DNA of 64,000 nt from an uncultured Planctomycetaceae bacterium (GTDB lineage: Bacteria; Planctomycetota; Planctomycetia; Planctomycetales; Planctomycetaceae). The stretch covers positions 1-64,000 of the forward strand of contig CAWFGE010000022.1 of the NCBI GenBank assembly GCA_963815195.1, read 5' to 3'. The notes under the pieces are model-generated. The model was given only the letters and a program-made list of their open reading frames with translations, was not told where the DNA came from and made no database searches. Positions 10,388 through 23,233 of the stretch are shown here, piece by piece; positions within the stretch are counted from its first letter, which is position 1; every line of letters begins with the position of its first letter. The position numbers were made by a program, and so were the translations under genes.

Positions 10388-10482
10388 CAGCAAAAATTTT
10401 GAGATCCCCGTCAATTTTCCCCAAACTCCTAGCCTGTCCTGAGTTGCTCTCAGGACCTATTTAACCCGAAACGAGTTTAAGG

Positions 10483-13214
<2,732 letters not shown>

Positions 13215-13238
13215 CGGACACGGAAAAAGTGTCACGAC

Positions 13239-13296
13239 CGTAGCGGCGGCTTCCAGCCGCCGTTGCCTTTTTCGGCGGTAAGATGCCGCCGCTACG
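13239..13296. repeat. REP-like palindrome
   Basis: CGTAGCGGCGGC...GCCGCCGCTACG inverted arms. Confidence 0.65.
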
Positions 13297-13411
13297 AACA
13301 AGATCGGGACCCAGGCAGGTTTCCCAGGTTGATCCGGCGCGCGTTCGGTTTATAATTTGTTGCTGTAGCACTTTGTTTTTCTTTTCCACTCCCTGGGGGA
13401 GGCCGGCCATC

Positions 13412-13879
13412 ATTAATACCGAGTCCGAGAAAACCAGCACAACCGAAGTTTCGACCGTTTCGGGACTGACCTCGCCGAACCGGGATCGAACGGCGGCCAT
13501 CCGGGAAAGCCTGTTGGAGGCCTGCCGATGTGCCAAAATTGCGGATGGGTTTAAGGGCGATAACACCTTGGTGCTCGATCTGACGGCCATCACCCCGATT
13601 TTTGATTTCTTCGTGCTGACCACCGGCACCAGCCGCCGGCAGATGCTCGCCATCGCCGAGGAAATCAACAAGCAGCAAAAAGAAACCGGCGCCAGACGCC
13701 AAGGCGTGGAAGGCAACGATCAAAGCCAATGGATCGTGCAGGATTACGGCGACGTGGTTGTGCACGTTTTCTCGCCGGAACTGCGTGAGCTTTACGACCT
13801 GGAACGCCTCTGGGGCGATGCCCCTCGCGTCGATTGGCAAGCGGTGCTCGAAGAAGACTCCGGCGAGCGTGGGGCGTGA
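13412..13879 (+). CDS. rsfS: Ribosome silencing factor (Iojap); start uncertain
   Basis: KGDNTLVLDL, DFFVLTTGTS, WIVQDYGDVVVHVF, YDLERLWGDA. Confidence 0.9.
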   Translation: MNTESEKTSTTEVSTVSGLTSPNRDRTAAIRESLLEACRCAKIADGFKGDNTLVLDLTAITPIFDFFVLTTGTSRRQMLAIAEEINKQQKETGARRQGVEGNDQSQWIVQDYGDVVVHVFSPELRELYDLERLWGDAPRVDWQAVLEEDSGERGA

Positions 13880-13901
13880 GCCCCATGATTTCGCTAAAAT
13901 A

Positions 13902-14219
13902 GATTACGCGTCGACAGTCCGCGCGAACGAACGCTTGCCCCGGGAAGTCACGCCCACCGGTTATCCCGCCTCATCACCCAACATCGTGTTCGAGGTGCGT
14001 TCGCCCCATGACCGTTGGAGTGAAATCTACGAAAAGAGCGCGGAGTATCTGAACGCCGGCGTGGAACTGGTGTGTGTGCTCGTTCCCGAGTCCCAACAGG
14101 CCCATGTCTTCTATCCCGACCGGCCCGGAGGGATCCTGGAAGGCGACGAGGAACTCAGCTTGCCCGCCCCGCTGAACGATTCCCGCACGCCCGTGTCCGC
14201 GTCCTTCGCCGGTTCGTGA
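13902..14219 (+). pseudogene. C-terminal fragment of a Uma2 (DUF820) endonuclease
   Basis: PNIVFEVRSPHDRWSEIYEKSAEYLNAGVELVCVLVP; N-terminal half and start absent. Confidence 0.75.
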
Positions 14220-14408
14220 TGGGAACAGTTGGCGGACGGTGCTCGAAGACAATTCCAGCGATCGCGCGCGGAAGCGGGCCGGTTCCTTGCAATCCCTCTG
14301 TTGATGGGATTTTTGAAACACTCAACCGAACTGGTCCAAAAGCAAGGTGTGGCCATTCGCCGGTTTGGGCGCGACGTGGAGCATTCGGCCGTCGTTTGTG
14401 GCCCGGAA

Positions 14409-15182
14409 TCACTTCCCCCGCTTCGCTTTCCGCGCGGCGACTTTCTTTTCGTAGGCCGCGATGATGCCGGCGGGGTCGTCATCGAAGGCTTGTTTGCAGC
14501 CGCTGCAGCAAACGTAATAGGTCTTGCCCTGGTAGGTGACGGGGATCGTGCCTTTGCCGCCGGTGACGATGCACTCGATTTCGCCCGCCCCTTCCACGGC
14601 GAGGCTCGTGCCCGCACGGGTGTAGCCGACTTCAGCGACGCGGCGGAAAAGGCCCTGGCCGGTGCGCTTCTCGTGGAGCACGAGCGTGCGTTTCTCGTTG
14701 AGCGGCGTCACCGTGATCCGGTAGCTGTCGCCCGCAGCGTCGGCGGCGGATTCTAAAACGAGTTTCCCGGCTTCGTTCATGGTGCCGGCGTAGTCGCGGG
14801 TCGTCTCATCGGGCAATGTGGCTTTAACGTGGAACTGCTTGTCGTCGGCGTTCCACGTCAGCCGGGCTTTGTCCAAAAGTTTTCCCTGCTTGACTTCGTA
14901 CCGGAGGGACGGCGTTTTCTTTTCGAAATCCCAGACCCACTCGGCATTCTCAAACCAGGCTCCCGCCCGCGAACCTCGCCGAGGCATCCCCACGCCCCGC
15001 CATTCGCCGATCAAGCCGTTGAACCGCTCAAGGGCTTCCTGGGCATCGGCCGGTCCGCTGGTTTTGGCCGCTTCCTCGGAATTCGGCTCCGGCGGTGCGG
15101 AGAGAATCCATTGGCCGGCCAGAAGCAAGGTGGCGACTGCGACAACTCCTGCACGCAGGGATCGGAAACATTTCGAGGCCAT
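14409..15182 (-). CDS. Secreted protein with C-terminal YHS/TRASH domain
   Basis: Signal peptide; ECIVTGG...YQGKTYYVCCSGCKQAF. Confidence 0.8.
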   Translation of the reverse strand: MASKCFRSLRAGVVAVATLLLAGQWILSAPPEPNSEEAAKTSGPADAQEALERFNGLIGEWRGVGMPRRGSRAGAWFENAEWVWDFEKKTPSLRYEVKQGKLLDKARLTWNADDKQFHVKATLPDETTRDYAGTMNEAGKLVLESAADAAGDSYRITVTPLNEKRTLVLHEKRTGQGLFRRVAEVGYTRAGTSLAVEGAGEIECIVTGGKGTIPVTYQGKTYYVCCSGCKQAFDDDPAGIIAAYEKKVAARKAKRGK

Positions 15183-15523
15183 GGGGGATCTCCTCGCGAT
15201 TATCGAAACAGGGATCAAGTCAATTCGTCTTCCCCATCAGTATCCCCGATCCAACGCCGATAAACAACACCCAAACCGCATTCGGAACATGGTGAGATGC
15301 GAGTTAGACAGCAGGCGGGGGCGTCGGCAGGTCGCAGCAACAACTCGGCATCACCCAAATAAATCCATCGAGTTTGTGAACGAGGCCGAGGACTGGGCCG
15401 CGCGGACCGGAGCAACCCGCCACGCCGCCGCCAAAGCCAAAAAACCGTCGAACCAATCGCAACTCTTCGATTTGAGGGCAATCCTTGGCGAATCCCAAAC
15501 CCGATAGGCGAGGATTGCGATTT

Positions 15524-16837
15524 TCAAGCCGCGTTGGACGCGGTGTCGCGGCTTTGTGATCGCTCGCGGGAATTTTGGCGGAGGGCGGCTTCGCGCTCGG
15601 CCCAGGTCTGGCGCTCCAGATGCCTAAGCAGGCGTTCCTCGGCGGTGGTGAGTGCCACGCCTCGGCGGGCCATTGCGGTGCGGGCGGTGTCCAGGCTGCG
15701 GTTGAGATCCCAACCCTCGCGCAGTTCGCCGTGCCAGATCCGCGTGAAGGAGGGCACGTGTTTGGGCAATAGCTCGCCGCCGGGCAGGATCATGCACATC
15801 ACGCCGATCGAAGACCCCGTATTGAACAAACTGCCGATGGCGGTTTTCGTATGGTCCCCGATGAAGCAGCCCACCTTCGTGTGCCCGGTCTCCAAAACAT
15901 CGCCGGTCATGGGAACCCGCACCGGAGAGTAGTCGCTTTTGAGATCGCTGTTGGTCGTCAATGCCCCCAGGTTCGTCCACGGGCAGACATAGCTGTGCCC
16001 CAAGAAGCCTTCGTGGTATTTGTTGGCGTAGCCGTGGAGGATGGAGGCTTCGATTTCGCCCCCCACCCGGCAGACGGGGCCGATCGTGCTGCCGTCTTTG
16101 ACGTGGGCCCGGAACAGCTGCGCTTCGCGGCCGATGTGGCAGGGGCCTTCGATCCGCGTGAACGGTTGGACGACGGCTCCCGCTTCAATCGAAATCGGCC
16201 CGCCTCGCGCATCCAGAACGATGAAGGGATGCAGTTCCGCGGCCGGGTCCACAAACAGATTTTCCACCGGCCCCATGATCGCAACCTGCGGCCCGAGGTT
16301 CGGAAGCTCTCCGCCCAAACGCCGCAAGCGAAAATCCGCCGCGATTTGCCGGGGGTTCTGATGCGCCAGGTCCCAGGGATAATTCAAGAGCACGCCAGGC
16401 AACTCCACCCGCCTGCGGATGCGGGCCAGTTGGGCCAGCGACTCGTCCCAGTTTTCCTCCGTCAACAAAGGCGTTTCCAGCGGATCCAAATGCAGCGCGA
16501 CAACGGTCTCCCCGACGACGGCGACGTCATCGACCGTCAAGGTTTCGAGATCCTGCGGATTCCCCAACCAGCGGCCGTTGATGAGCAGCGTGGAATCGCT
16601 ATAGAGCCAACTCAGATCGTTGACGGCGAACTCCGGCCGGCTTTCGCGGTAGGTCTCCGCCAATTCCGGGCGGACAAACGCCCCCCACGCGTCGGCTTCG
16701 TTTTCTACGAAACCCCGCGCCCATTGCCAGCGCTCGCGCAGGCTGAAATGTCCGCAAACGAGCTCGAAGACGGGCCGCATCAAAGCGATTGGAGAAAACT
16801 GCCGGGCCCCGGCATCTTCAAAAAACGCGATTTGCAT
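15524..16837 (-). CDS. Putative sugar nucleotidyltransferase / GlmU-like hexapeptide repeat protein
   Basis: RPVFELVCG, LINGR, left-handed beta-helix repeats, NKYHEGFLGHSY, NLGALTTNSDLK. Confidence 0.85.
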   Translation of the reverse strand: MQIAFFEDAGARQFSPIALMRPVFELVCGHFSLRERWQWARGFVENEADAWGAFVRPELAETYRESRPEFAVNDLSWLYSDSTLLINGRWLGNPQDLETLTVDDVAVVGETVVALHLDPLETPLLTEENWDESLAQLARIRRRVELPGVLLNYPWDLAHQNPRQIAADFRLRRLGGELPNLGPQVAIMGPVENLFVDPAAELHPFIVLDARGGPISIEAGAVVQPFTRIEGPCHIGREAQLFRAHVKDGSTIGPVCRVGGEIEASILHGYANKYHEGFLGHSYVCPWTNLGALTTNSDLKSDYSPVRVPMTGDVLETGHTKVGCFIGDHTKTAIGSLFNTGSSIGVMCMILPGGELLPKHVPSFTRIWHGELREGWDLNRSLDTARTAMARRGVALTTAEERLLRHLERQTWAEREAALRQNSRERSQSRDTASNAA

Positions 16838-16847
16838 AACCCCTCCT

Positions 16848-16913
16848 TGGGACGTGCAAAGTTGCCTGTCGGAACCGGGGCTAGCGCCCTGCGGCTAATG
16901 GGACGTGCAAAGT
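16848..16913. repeat. Single REP arm between 15-bp direct repeats
   Basis: TGGGACGTGCAAAGT at 16848-16862 and 16899-16913 around AACCGGGGCTAGCGCCCTGCGGCTAA. Confidence 0.8.
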
Positions 16914-17019
16914 GAATGAATCCTTTTCGTGTCGTCCATGTTTTGGTGGTCGGGTCTTCTACCAGTTTTTCGCGATTGCGGAAAGGCGGACTTTGGGGGG
17001 ACGAGGAGATTCCCAAAGC

Positions 17020-17655
17020 CTACGAGGGCAGCGGAAGATCGAGCACAACACTCGCCCGCTGGATTTCCCGGGGCAATAGCAGCCCTTGCAGGTTGCCGAG
17101 ACACTCCGGCGAGGGATGCCAGCGGCCTAGGACCTCGAACATGACTTCGAGCCGATCTTCTTCCATGCCGAACTGGGCTTTGAGCGGGCGGGCCTCATCG
17201 GGCGGGATGTCCTCGAACTGGCTGATCATCAAAAAATCGCCGGCGTTCGAGAGATTCAAATGCAGCCCCTGGAGTTCGCGGGCCAGTTGATGGTCGATCC
17301 GCAAATCCACATCCATGGGGCCGCCCCGCAAGAACCCGCGGACGGCGTTCGGCTGGTGCTCCGCGAGTTGGGAAGCCGTCTCGCAGATCGCATAGATCAC
17401 GCTTTCATCGAGCAGCGTGGCTTCTTCGGGCGCATCGGAACGATGCTTGGCCCAGGTTTCCGCGAGCAAATCCAACTGGACCCGCGGAGGCACGGCGCCC
17501 AGAAAAGGCACTTCCGTCAGAAACCCAAACCCCTCGATGCGGCCGCCGACCTGCCGGGCGAGCGTGATGCGCTCCAGCGTTTCGCAAAACGCGATCCGGA
17601 AGGCGACGTAACTGAGCGAGGTCTGCGGGAGAATGTCGGAAGCGATGGCGAGCAT
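17020..17655 (-). CDS. Hypothetical protein
   Basis: 211-aa ORF from MLAIASD with protein-like composition (YVAFRIAFCETLERI, GFLTEVPFL). Confidence 0.7.
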   Translation of the reverse strand: MLAIASDILPQTSLSYVAFRIAFCETLERITLARQVGGRIEGFGFLTEVPFLGAVPPRVQLDLLAETWAKHRSDAPEEATLLDESVIYAICETASQLAEHQPNAVRGFLRGGPMDVDLRIDHQLARELQGLHLNLSNAGDFLMISQFEDIPPDEARPLKAQFGMEEDRLEVMFEVLGRWHPSPECLGNLQGLLLPREIQRASVVLDLPLPS

Positions 17656-17834
17656 AGGTGCGAGTTCTAGGTGTCGGTGCGCCGGCGGGAGAATCCAGGT
17701 GGTCAATTTGCATCGAACGTTTTCTCCATGCTCACCCGGGGCCCGACAAAACACAAGCCTCTGTTGCGGATTCTCCCGGTCCTTAGTGAAGATTCCCCGC
17801 GCACTGTCGCCGAAAACACAAACCTGTTCTCAAA

Positions 17835-18641
17835 CCCCAACTCACCGGAGCCGCCCGCGTTTCGCGATTTCAGCCGACCGGTAAAACCGATACGCACCTT
17901 ATCCCTGCGATGTCCGCTCGGACAACATCCTCCTCCTCGCCCCAAATAAAACCGGGCCTCCGAGCTTTGTTCATTTCTGCACTTGACAATCGCATCTCTT
18001 GGCTTAGGGTGAATAACTGCACAAGACGTTCTGCCTCAAAAAATCGTCCGTCAGGAGGTTCTCATGCGACGGAACCGATCGATCATGTTGCAACTCGCGG
18101 CGACATTTCTTCTCCTTTGCTGGAATGGTGGCGAGCAGAGCCCGGGAGGAACAAAAGAAGGAACGGCGCCTGCCGTTGCGGAGAGGCCCCTGCGGATTCG
18201 ATTCCCGAAACTGGCCTGTCCGCCGGCTCATCCGGCCACGATGCCAAAGCTGACTCTGCCAGTGAGCGAGTGTGTGATGTTCGAAGGAACCCTTACACTC
18301 AACGAGGCCTTCGACAACGGGGGTGGAGGGTTTGCTCTAGTGAAACTCATCCACGAGCGACCGGGACACGGGCCTGTCATCTGCCAAACAGGCGGCATGA
18401 TACTAAGACAAGCGAAGGACGGCAGTTTCCCGATCAATGTGGGATTTAAAAGAATACCAAAACCCAATCGCGGACGAAGCCCCATGTACTTGCAGGTTCT
18501 CCATGTCCATAGTTCCCACAGAGAGAATCCTCTTCGAATGTCCCGTTTCGGTCGAGTAGTGAAAATCTCCCGCGCTGACATTCCATCCCCAACTCGCCGA
18601 AGCCGCCCGCGTTTCGCGATTTCAGCCGACCGGTAAAACCG
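17835..18641. repeat. 55-bp direct repeats (53/55 identical) flanking an inserted segment
   Basis: Copies at 17835-17889 and 18587-18641. Confidence 0.85.
18064..18636 (+). CDS. Hypothetical exported protein, possibly degenerate
   Basis: AGGAGG RBS, signal-like N-terminus, atypical codon usage; 3' end runs into the direct repeat. Confidence 0.4.
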   Translation: MRRNRSIMLQLAATFLLLCWNGGEQSPGGTKEGTAPAVAERPLRIRFPKLACPPAHPATMPKLTLPVSECVMFEGTLTLNEAFDNGGGGFALVKLIHERPGHGPVICQTGGMILRQAKDGSFPINVGFKRIPKPNRGRSPMYLQVLHVHSSHRENPLRMSRFGRVVKISRADIPSPTRRSRPRFAISADR

Positions 18642-18652
18642 GCATCGCCGGC

Positions 18653-20101
18653 TCAGGCCAGAATGTCTTTGACGATTTCCCCGTGCACGTTGGTGAGACG
18701 CCGTTCGATGCCGTTGTGGTAATACGTCAGCCGCGTGTGGTCGATCCCCAAGAGATGGAGCACCGTGGCGTGGAAGTCGTGCCAGTGCACGCGGTTCAGG
18801 GCGGCTTTCCAGCCGATGTCGTCGCTGGCTCCGTAAGCCAGGCCGTGCTTGAGACCCGCCCCCGCCATCCACACGCAGAACCCATATTGATTGTGATCGC
18901 GTCCGATTCCCAAAACGTCGGACGCGGATTGCGTGAATGGCGTGCGGCCGAACTCGCTGGTAAACAGCACCAGCGTATCGTCGAGCATTCCCCGCTGCCG
19001 GAGGTCGCGAAGCAGCCCCGCGAGGGGTTTGTCGATCCGACCGGCTTCGCGGCCGTGATTGCGGACCATGTCTTCGTGGCCGTCCCAGTTGATCCTCGGC
19101 GAACCAAAGGCCCCGCCTGAAAACAGCTGCACGAACCGCACGCCCTTTTCCAAAAGCCGGCGCGCCAAGAGACAACTGCGTCCGAAATCGACGGTGGCGT
19201 TTTCCGTCGTGCCGTAGAGGTTGTGAGTCGCTTCGGTTTCCCCGTCGAGGTTGGTGACGTCCGGGACGGCCAACTGCATCCGCGCGGCCAGCTCGTAGCT
19301 TTGAATCCGCGCGGAGAGCGCATCTTCTTCGCCGCGGCGCTCGAGATGCTCGGCGTTCAACTTTTTCAGAAGCGCTCGGCTCGCCGTTTCGGTGTCGGCG
19401 GAGATCGGCCGTTCGGGAAACAGGTCGTCGATTGGCGTGCCCTGGCTGCGAATCACCACGCCTTGATGCGTCGCGGGCAAAAAGCCGTTGCTCCAATTGA
19501 TCGATCCGCCCGCCGGCAGGCCGCGCTGGTCGGGGATGACGACATACGCGGGCAGCGAATCGGTCTCGGCCCCCATGCCGTAGGACATCCAAGCTCCCGC
19601 GACCGGAAACCCATTCAGGCGAAAGCCGGTGTTCTCCTGAAACGTCGCCGGGGTGTGGTTCGAGGTTTCGGCGAACATGGATTTGATGATCGTCAACTCG
19701 TCCGCGACCTCGGCCAGGTTGGGAAACAGATCGGAAATCCACAGCCCCGCTTCCCCGCGCTGCCGAAACGCCCAATCGCTTTTCCGCAGCAAACCGATCT
19801 TGCCGAAGAACACGTCGGCGGCATCGATGCCCCCGTATTTCTTGCCGTGGTATTTCTCCAAGGCGGGTTTGTAGTCGAACGAATCGACCTGGCTGACGCC
19901 GCCGCACGCGCAGATGTGAATGATCCGCTTCGCCGGGGCTTGGAAATGCGGCCAAGGATCGCGTGCCTGGGGCTTCGTGATTCCCGCCCTGGCCGAACCG
20001 TCGGCGAGCATCAACGAAGCCAACGCCGCCGATCCCAGCCCGTGGCCGGTCCAGGAAAGAAACTCGCGCCGGTTCGGTTGGGAATTTGTCATCACGGCCA
20101 T
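18653..20101 (-). CDS. DUF1501 Tat-exported sulfatase-like protein
   Basis: NRREFL, GGVSQVDSFDYKP, ARRLLEKGVRFVQ, SEFGRTP, GRDH, HATVLHLLGIDH. Confidence 0.92.
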   Translation of the reverse strand: MAVMTNSQPNRREFLSWTGHGLGSAALASLMLADGSARAGITKPQARDPWPHFQAPAKRIIHICACGGVSQVDSFDYKPALEKYHGKKYGGIDAADVFFGKIGLLRKSDWAFRQRGEAGLWISDLFPNLAEVADELTIIKSMFAETSNHTPATFQENTGFRLNGFPVAGAWMSYGMGAETDSLPAYVVIPDQRGLPAGGSINWSNGFLPATHQGVVIRSQGTPIDDLFPERPISADTETASRALLKKLNAEHLERRGEEDALSARIQSYELAARMQLAVPDVTNLDGETEATHNLYGTTENATVDFGRSCLLARRLLEKGVRFVQLFSGGAFGSPRINWDGHEDMVRNHGREAGRIDKPLAGLLRDLRQRGMLDDTLVLFTSEFGRTPFTQSASDVLGIGRDHNQYGFCVWMAGAGLKHGLAYGASDDIGWKAALNRVHWHDFHATVLHLLGIDHTRLTYYHNGIERRLTNVHGEIVKDILA

Positions 20102-20113
20102 TCCTTCGTGCGA

Positions 20114-23092
20114 TCATTCGGCAAACAAAAATTCGTTGGTGTTGAACAGCACGCGCACCAGGGCGGGAAGTCCATGCGGCATTGCGAAGGCCGTGGTCTC
20201 CGCCAACTCTTCGGGAGTCGGTTTCCTTTGGAAGAGGAGGCGGTACGCCATTTTGACTTTCGATTCCATATCGCCGGGAGCAGCGGCCTCGATGCGGTTC
20301 GCGAGTCCATCGGCCGTCCGCAAGACGAACGAGTTGTTGAGCAGCGACAACGACTGCGTCGGCGTGGTGGTGACGGCTCGATTGGGCGTTGTCACCGACG
20401 GGTCGGGACAATCCAAAGCGTCTAATAACCGATTGCGGCCCGATCGCACCCACATGCGGTAGATCGTCCGGCGATGGTATTCCGGGCCGGTGCGGTCCTG
20501 CATGATGTAAAACTGCGAGTTGCGGTTGAAGGTTTCGAAGTTCCGGTACGAGGGGCCGCCGAGTTTTGTGTTGAGCCTGCCGCTGACTTTCAAAAGCGAA
20601 TCCCGGATCACCTCCGCTTCGAGGCGCTGGGGAGCATACCGCCACAGCCAGCGGTTTCCTGCATCGATGGTCATGGCTTTTGGATCGGGTTTGGACGACT
20701 GCCGATAAGTTTCCGACGTGACGATCAGCCGGTGCACCGCTTTTAAGCTCCAGCGGTTTTCGATGAGAGACGCCGCCAGAAAATCGAGCAGGGCCGGGTG
20801 CGTGGGGCGGGAACCGTTGAAGCCAAAATCGTTCGGCGACGCGACAATCCCCTGCCCGAAGTGATCATGCCACAATCGATTGACGATCACGCGGGCAAAC
20901 AGCGGGTTCTTAGGCGAGGTGATCCACTCGGCCAATCGTTTTCGCCGCTGGCCTTCCGGGGCATCGGGAGCGAGTTCAAAATCCGCCGAGATCCCCGCGA
21001 GGGATTCGATGCCCCCGGCCGCCACGACTTCCGCGGGCGAAGCGGGATTGCCTCGCAGCAGCACCCGCGTCGCCTCCGGTGGTTTGGGGGCGACCGCATA
21101 CACCTGGCGATGGCCGAGCGACGCGATCCGATCGGCCGACTGAGCCGCTTTTGTTTCCCATGCGGCGAGTTGCCTCTTTTGATCGGCGGTCAATTGGGCC
21201 AGGATTCCCTCCCGCGCGAGAACGCCGAACCGCTTCGCCGTCAGGGCGATTTCCTCGGACGACAGAGCCTTGTCGTAAAGTTGAGCTTGTTCGATGCGGC
21301 CCGCGAGCAAGCGGTTTCCCCCGGCACTCGTTCCATGCCTGAGACCGAAAAGGACCTGGGATTTCCCGGCCTCAAACGTGACCGGGCCGCTCGATTGATA
21401 GGGTTTTCCATAAGGCTGGCCGTTGCGGAAAGCCTGGATCGTGCCGTCCTTGTGATAAACGATCGCCACGTGCACGAGGGTTTTGCCGGCTTGTTGTTCG
21501 GGATCGCCGCCGAAAGATTTTGTCCGCGCAAAAAAGTTGCTGCCGGCCATCCAGTGCGCGGGCTCTTGTTCGCCGAAGACAAGGGCGTCGAACACGCCGC
21601 CGTCGGCGGCTTGCACGGAAATGACCCCGCCGCCCCGTTGCGAGAGGTCCTCCAATTGCACCCAGGCTTCCAACGTCTTCACGGTCAGCGTCGTCGTCAA
21701 CGCGGCGGTGGAAACGTAGGCGTCTTTTCCGTTGAGAATCAGTCGGCCGTCTTCAATTTTCGCCCCGCCGTGCGCGGTGCCGTGGAGTTGGCCGATGTCA
21801 TCTTTCAAGCCCTCCTCAAAGGTCCACCGCGCGATTGGTTGCGGAATCGCTTTCAATTGCGGATCTTGTTTTCGCTCGGCGAGGATCTGCCGGCGAACGG
21901 GGCCCAATAGATTTTTGATTTCTTGTTTCGCCTGCGCTTGCTCTTGCCGGGCGGCTTGGAGTTGACGTTCCGTCTCGCGGGTTTGATACGGCCGATCTCC
22001 CGCATGGACGCCCGCCAGGGCCGCGGAGATCTGATAGTATTCGCTCTGACGAATCGGGTCGAATTTGTGGTCGTGGCAGCGGGCGCAGTTCACGGTCAGG
22101 CCGAGAAACGTCTGGCCGACGGTCCCGATGTAGTCTTCCATCTCATCCTGGCGAACGACGGCCCGCATCGCGGCGGACTGCTGATTCTGTCCGACTTCAT
22201 CATAAGGCCCCGCGACCAGAAATCCGGTCGCGGCAATCGCGTCGGCACTGCCGGGCTCGAAGACGTCGCCTCCGATCTGCAGCCGGACGAAACGGTCGTA
22301 GGCCATGTCCTCGTTGAGCGCCTGGATGACCCAATCGCGGTACGGCCAGGCATTGTCGCGCAATTTGTCTCGCTCGAAGCCCTGGCTTTCCCCAAACCGC
22401 GCGAGATCGAGCCAATGCCTCGCCCAGCGCTCCCCATAATGCGGCGAGGCCAACAGGCGATCGACCAGCTTCGTGTAGGCCTCGCTGGAAGAGTCCGCAA
22501 CGAAGGCCTCGACCTCTGCGGGCGAGGGCGGCAGACCGAGCAAATCGAACGACAGCCGGCGGATCAAAGTCCGCCGGTCCGCCCGCGGCGACGGCTTAAG
22601 GTTTTGCGCGGAAAGCTTTTCGCGGACAAACGCATCGATCGGATGCGGTCCGCTCGATGGCTCGGGGAAGGCGGGTTTAATGAGCGGTTTAAGAGCCCAC
22701 CAGTCGTAGCCGGCCCGCTTGGCCGTTGTGTAGGCGAAGGGATCGATCCGCTCCCGATTCCAGACCGCCCCCTCTTCGATCCATTGCTTCAGGATTTGCT
22801 TTTGCTCGGCGGTCAACGGATGCTTGGGAGGCATCTCGTTGCCGGAGACGCGGTCCCAGAGATAACTCTCGCCGACCTTCCCGGGCACAAGCACCACGCC
22901 CGAATCCCCGCCCGCGAAGGCCGACTTCCTGGAGGAGAGATCCAGCTTCCCTTTCCTCTCGCGGGGGTTGTGGCAGTCGAGACATTTCTCGGCGAGCAAG
23001 GGGGCGACCTGTTTTTCGAAATCGACCTCCGCGGCGAGAGCACGCCCCGCGAAAGACAGCACCATCGTCAATGCGAGCGTCGATTTCATCAT
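20114..23092 (-). CDS. Planctomycete cytochrome c / DUF1549 / LamG / DUF1553 (PSD1) protein
   Basis: CLDCH, YGERWARHWLD, CARCHDHKFDPI, LamG insert, ARVIVNRLW, PTHPALLDFLA. Confidence 0.93.
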   Translation of the reverse strand: MMKSTLALTMVLSFAGRALAAEVDFEKQVAPLLAEKCLDCHNPRERKGKLDLSSRKSAFAGGDSGVVLVPGKVGESYLWDRVSGNEMPPKHPLTAEQKQILKQWIEEGAVWNRERIDPFAYTTAKRAGYDWWALKPLIKPAFPEPSSGPHPIDAFVREKLSAQNLKPSPRADRRTLIRRLSFDLLGLPPSPAEVEAFVADSSSEAYTKLVDRLLASPHYGERWARHWLDLARFGESQGFERDKLRDNAWPYRDWVIQALNEDMAYDRFVRLQIGGDVFEPGSADAIAATGFLVAGPYDEVGQNQQSAAMRAVVRQDEMEDYIGTVGQTFLGLTVNCARCHDHKFDPIRQSEYYQISAALAGVHAGDRPYQTRETERQLQAARQEQAQAKQEIKNLLGPVRRQILAERKQDPQLKAIPQPIARWTFEEGLKDDIGQLHGTAHGGAKIEDGRLILNGKDAYVSTAALTTTLTVKTLEAWVQLEDLSQRGGGVISVQAADGGVFDALVFGEQEPAHWMAGSNFFARTKSFGGDPEQQAGKTLVHVAIVYHKDGTIQAFRNGQPYGKPYQSSGPVTFEAGKSQVLFGLRHGTSAGGNRLLAGRIEQAQLYDKALSSEEIALTAKRFGVLAREGILAQLTADQKRQLAAWETKAAQSADRIASLGHRQVYAVAPKPPEATRVLLRGNPASPAEVVAAGGIESLAGISADFELAPDAPEGQRRKRLAEWITSPKNPLFARVIVNRLWHDHFGQGIVASPNDFGFNGSRPTHPALLDFLAASLIENRWSLKAVHRLIVTSETYRQSSKPDPKAMTIDAGNRWLWRYAPQRLEAEVIRDSLLKVSGRLNTKLGGPSYRNFETFNRNSQFYIMQDRTGPEYHRRTIYRMWVRSGRNRLLDALDCPDPSVTTPNRAVTTTPTQSLSLLNNSFVLRTADGLANRIEAAAPGDMESKVKMAYRLLFQRKPTPEELAETTAFAMPHGLPALVRVLFNTNEFLFAE

Positions 23093-23120
23093 TCCCCCGG
23101 TAACGATTGTTCCGAAAACA

Positions 23121-23200
23121 TGAGCGGTAGGCGCTAGCCTCCGGTTTCGACAAAAAAGAGATTCTCGAAGTCAAGACCGGCGGCTACGCCGTACCGCTCA
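23121..23200. repeat. REP doublet (TGAGCGGTAGGCGCTAGCC / GGCTAGCGCCGTACCGCTCA family)
   Basis: Inverted arms; relatives at 24559, 27233, 34692, 45757 and 62234-62474. Confidence 0.8.
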
Positions 23201-23233
23201 CTCTATGTCTCTTGAAACACGCACCGCGGGCGG

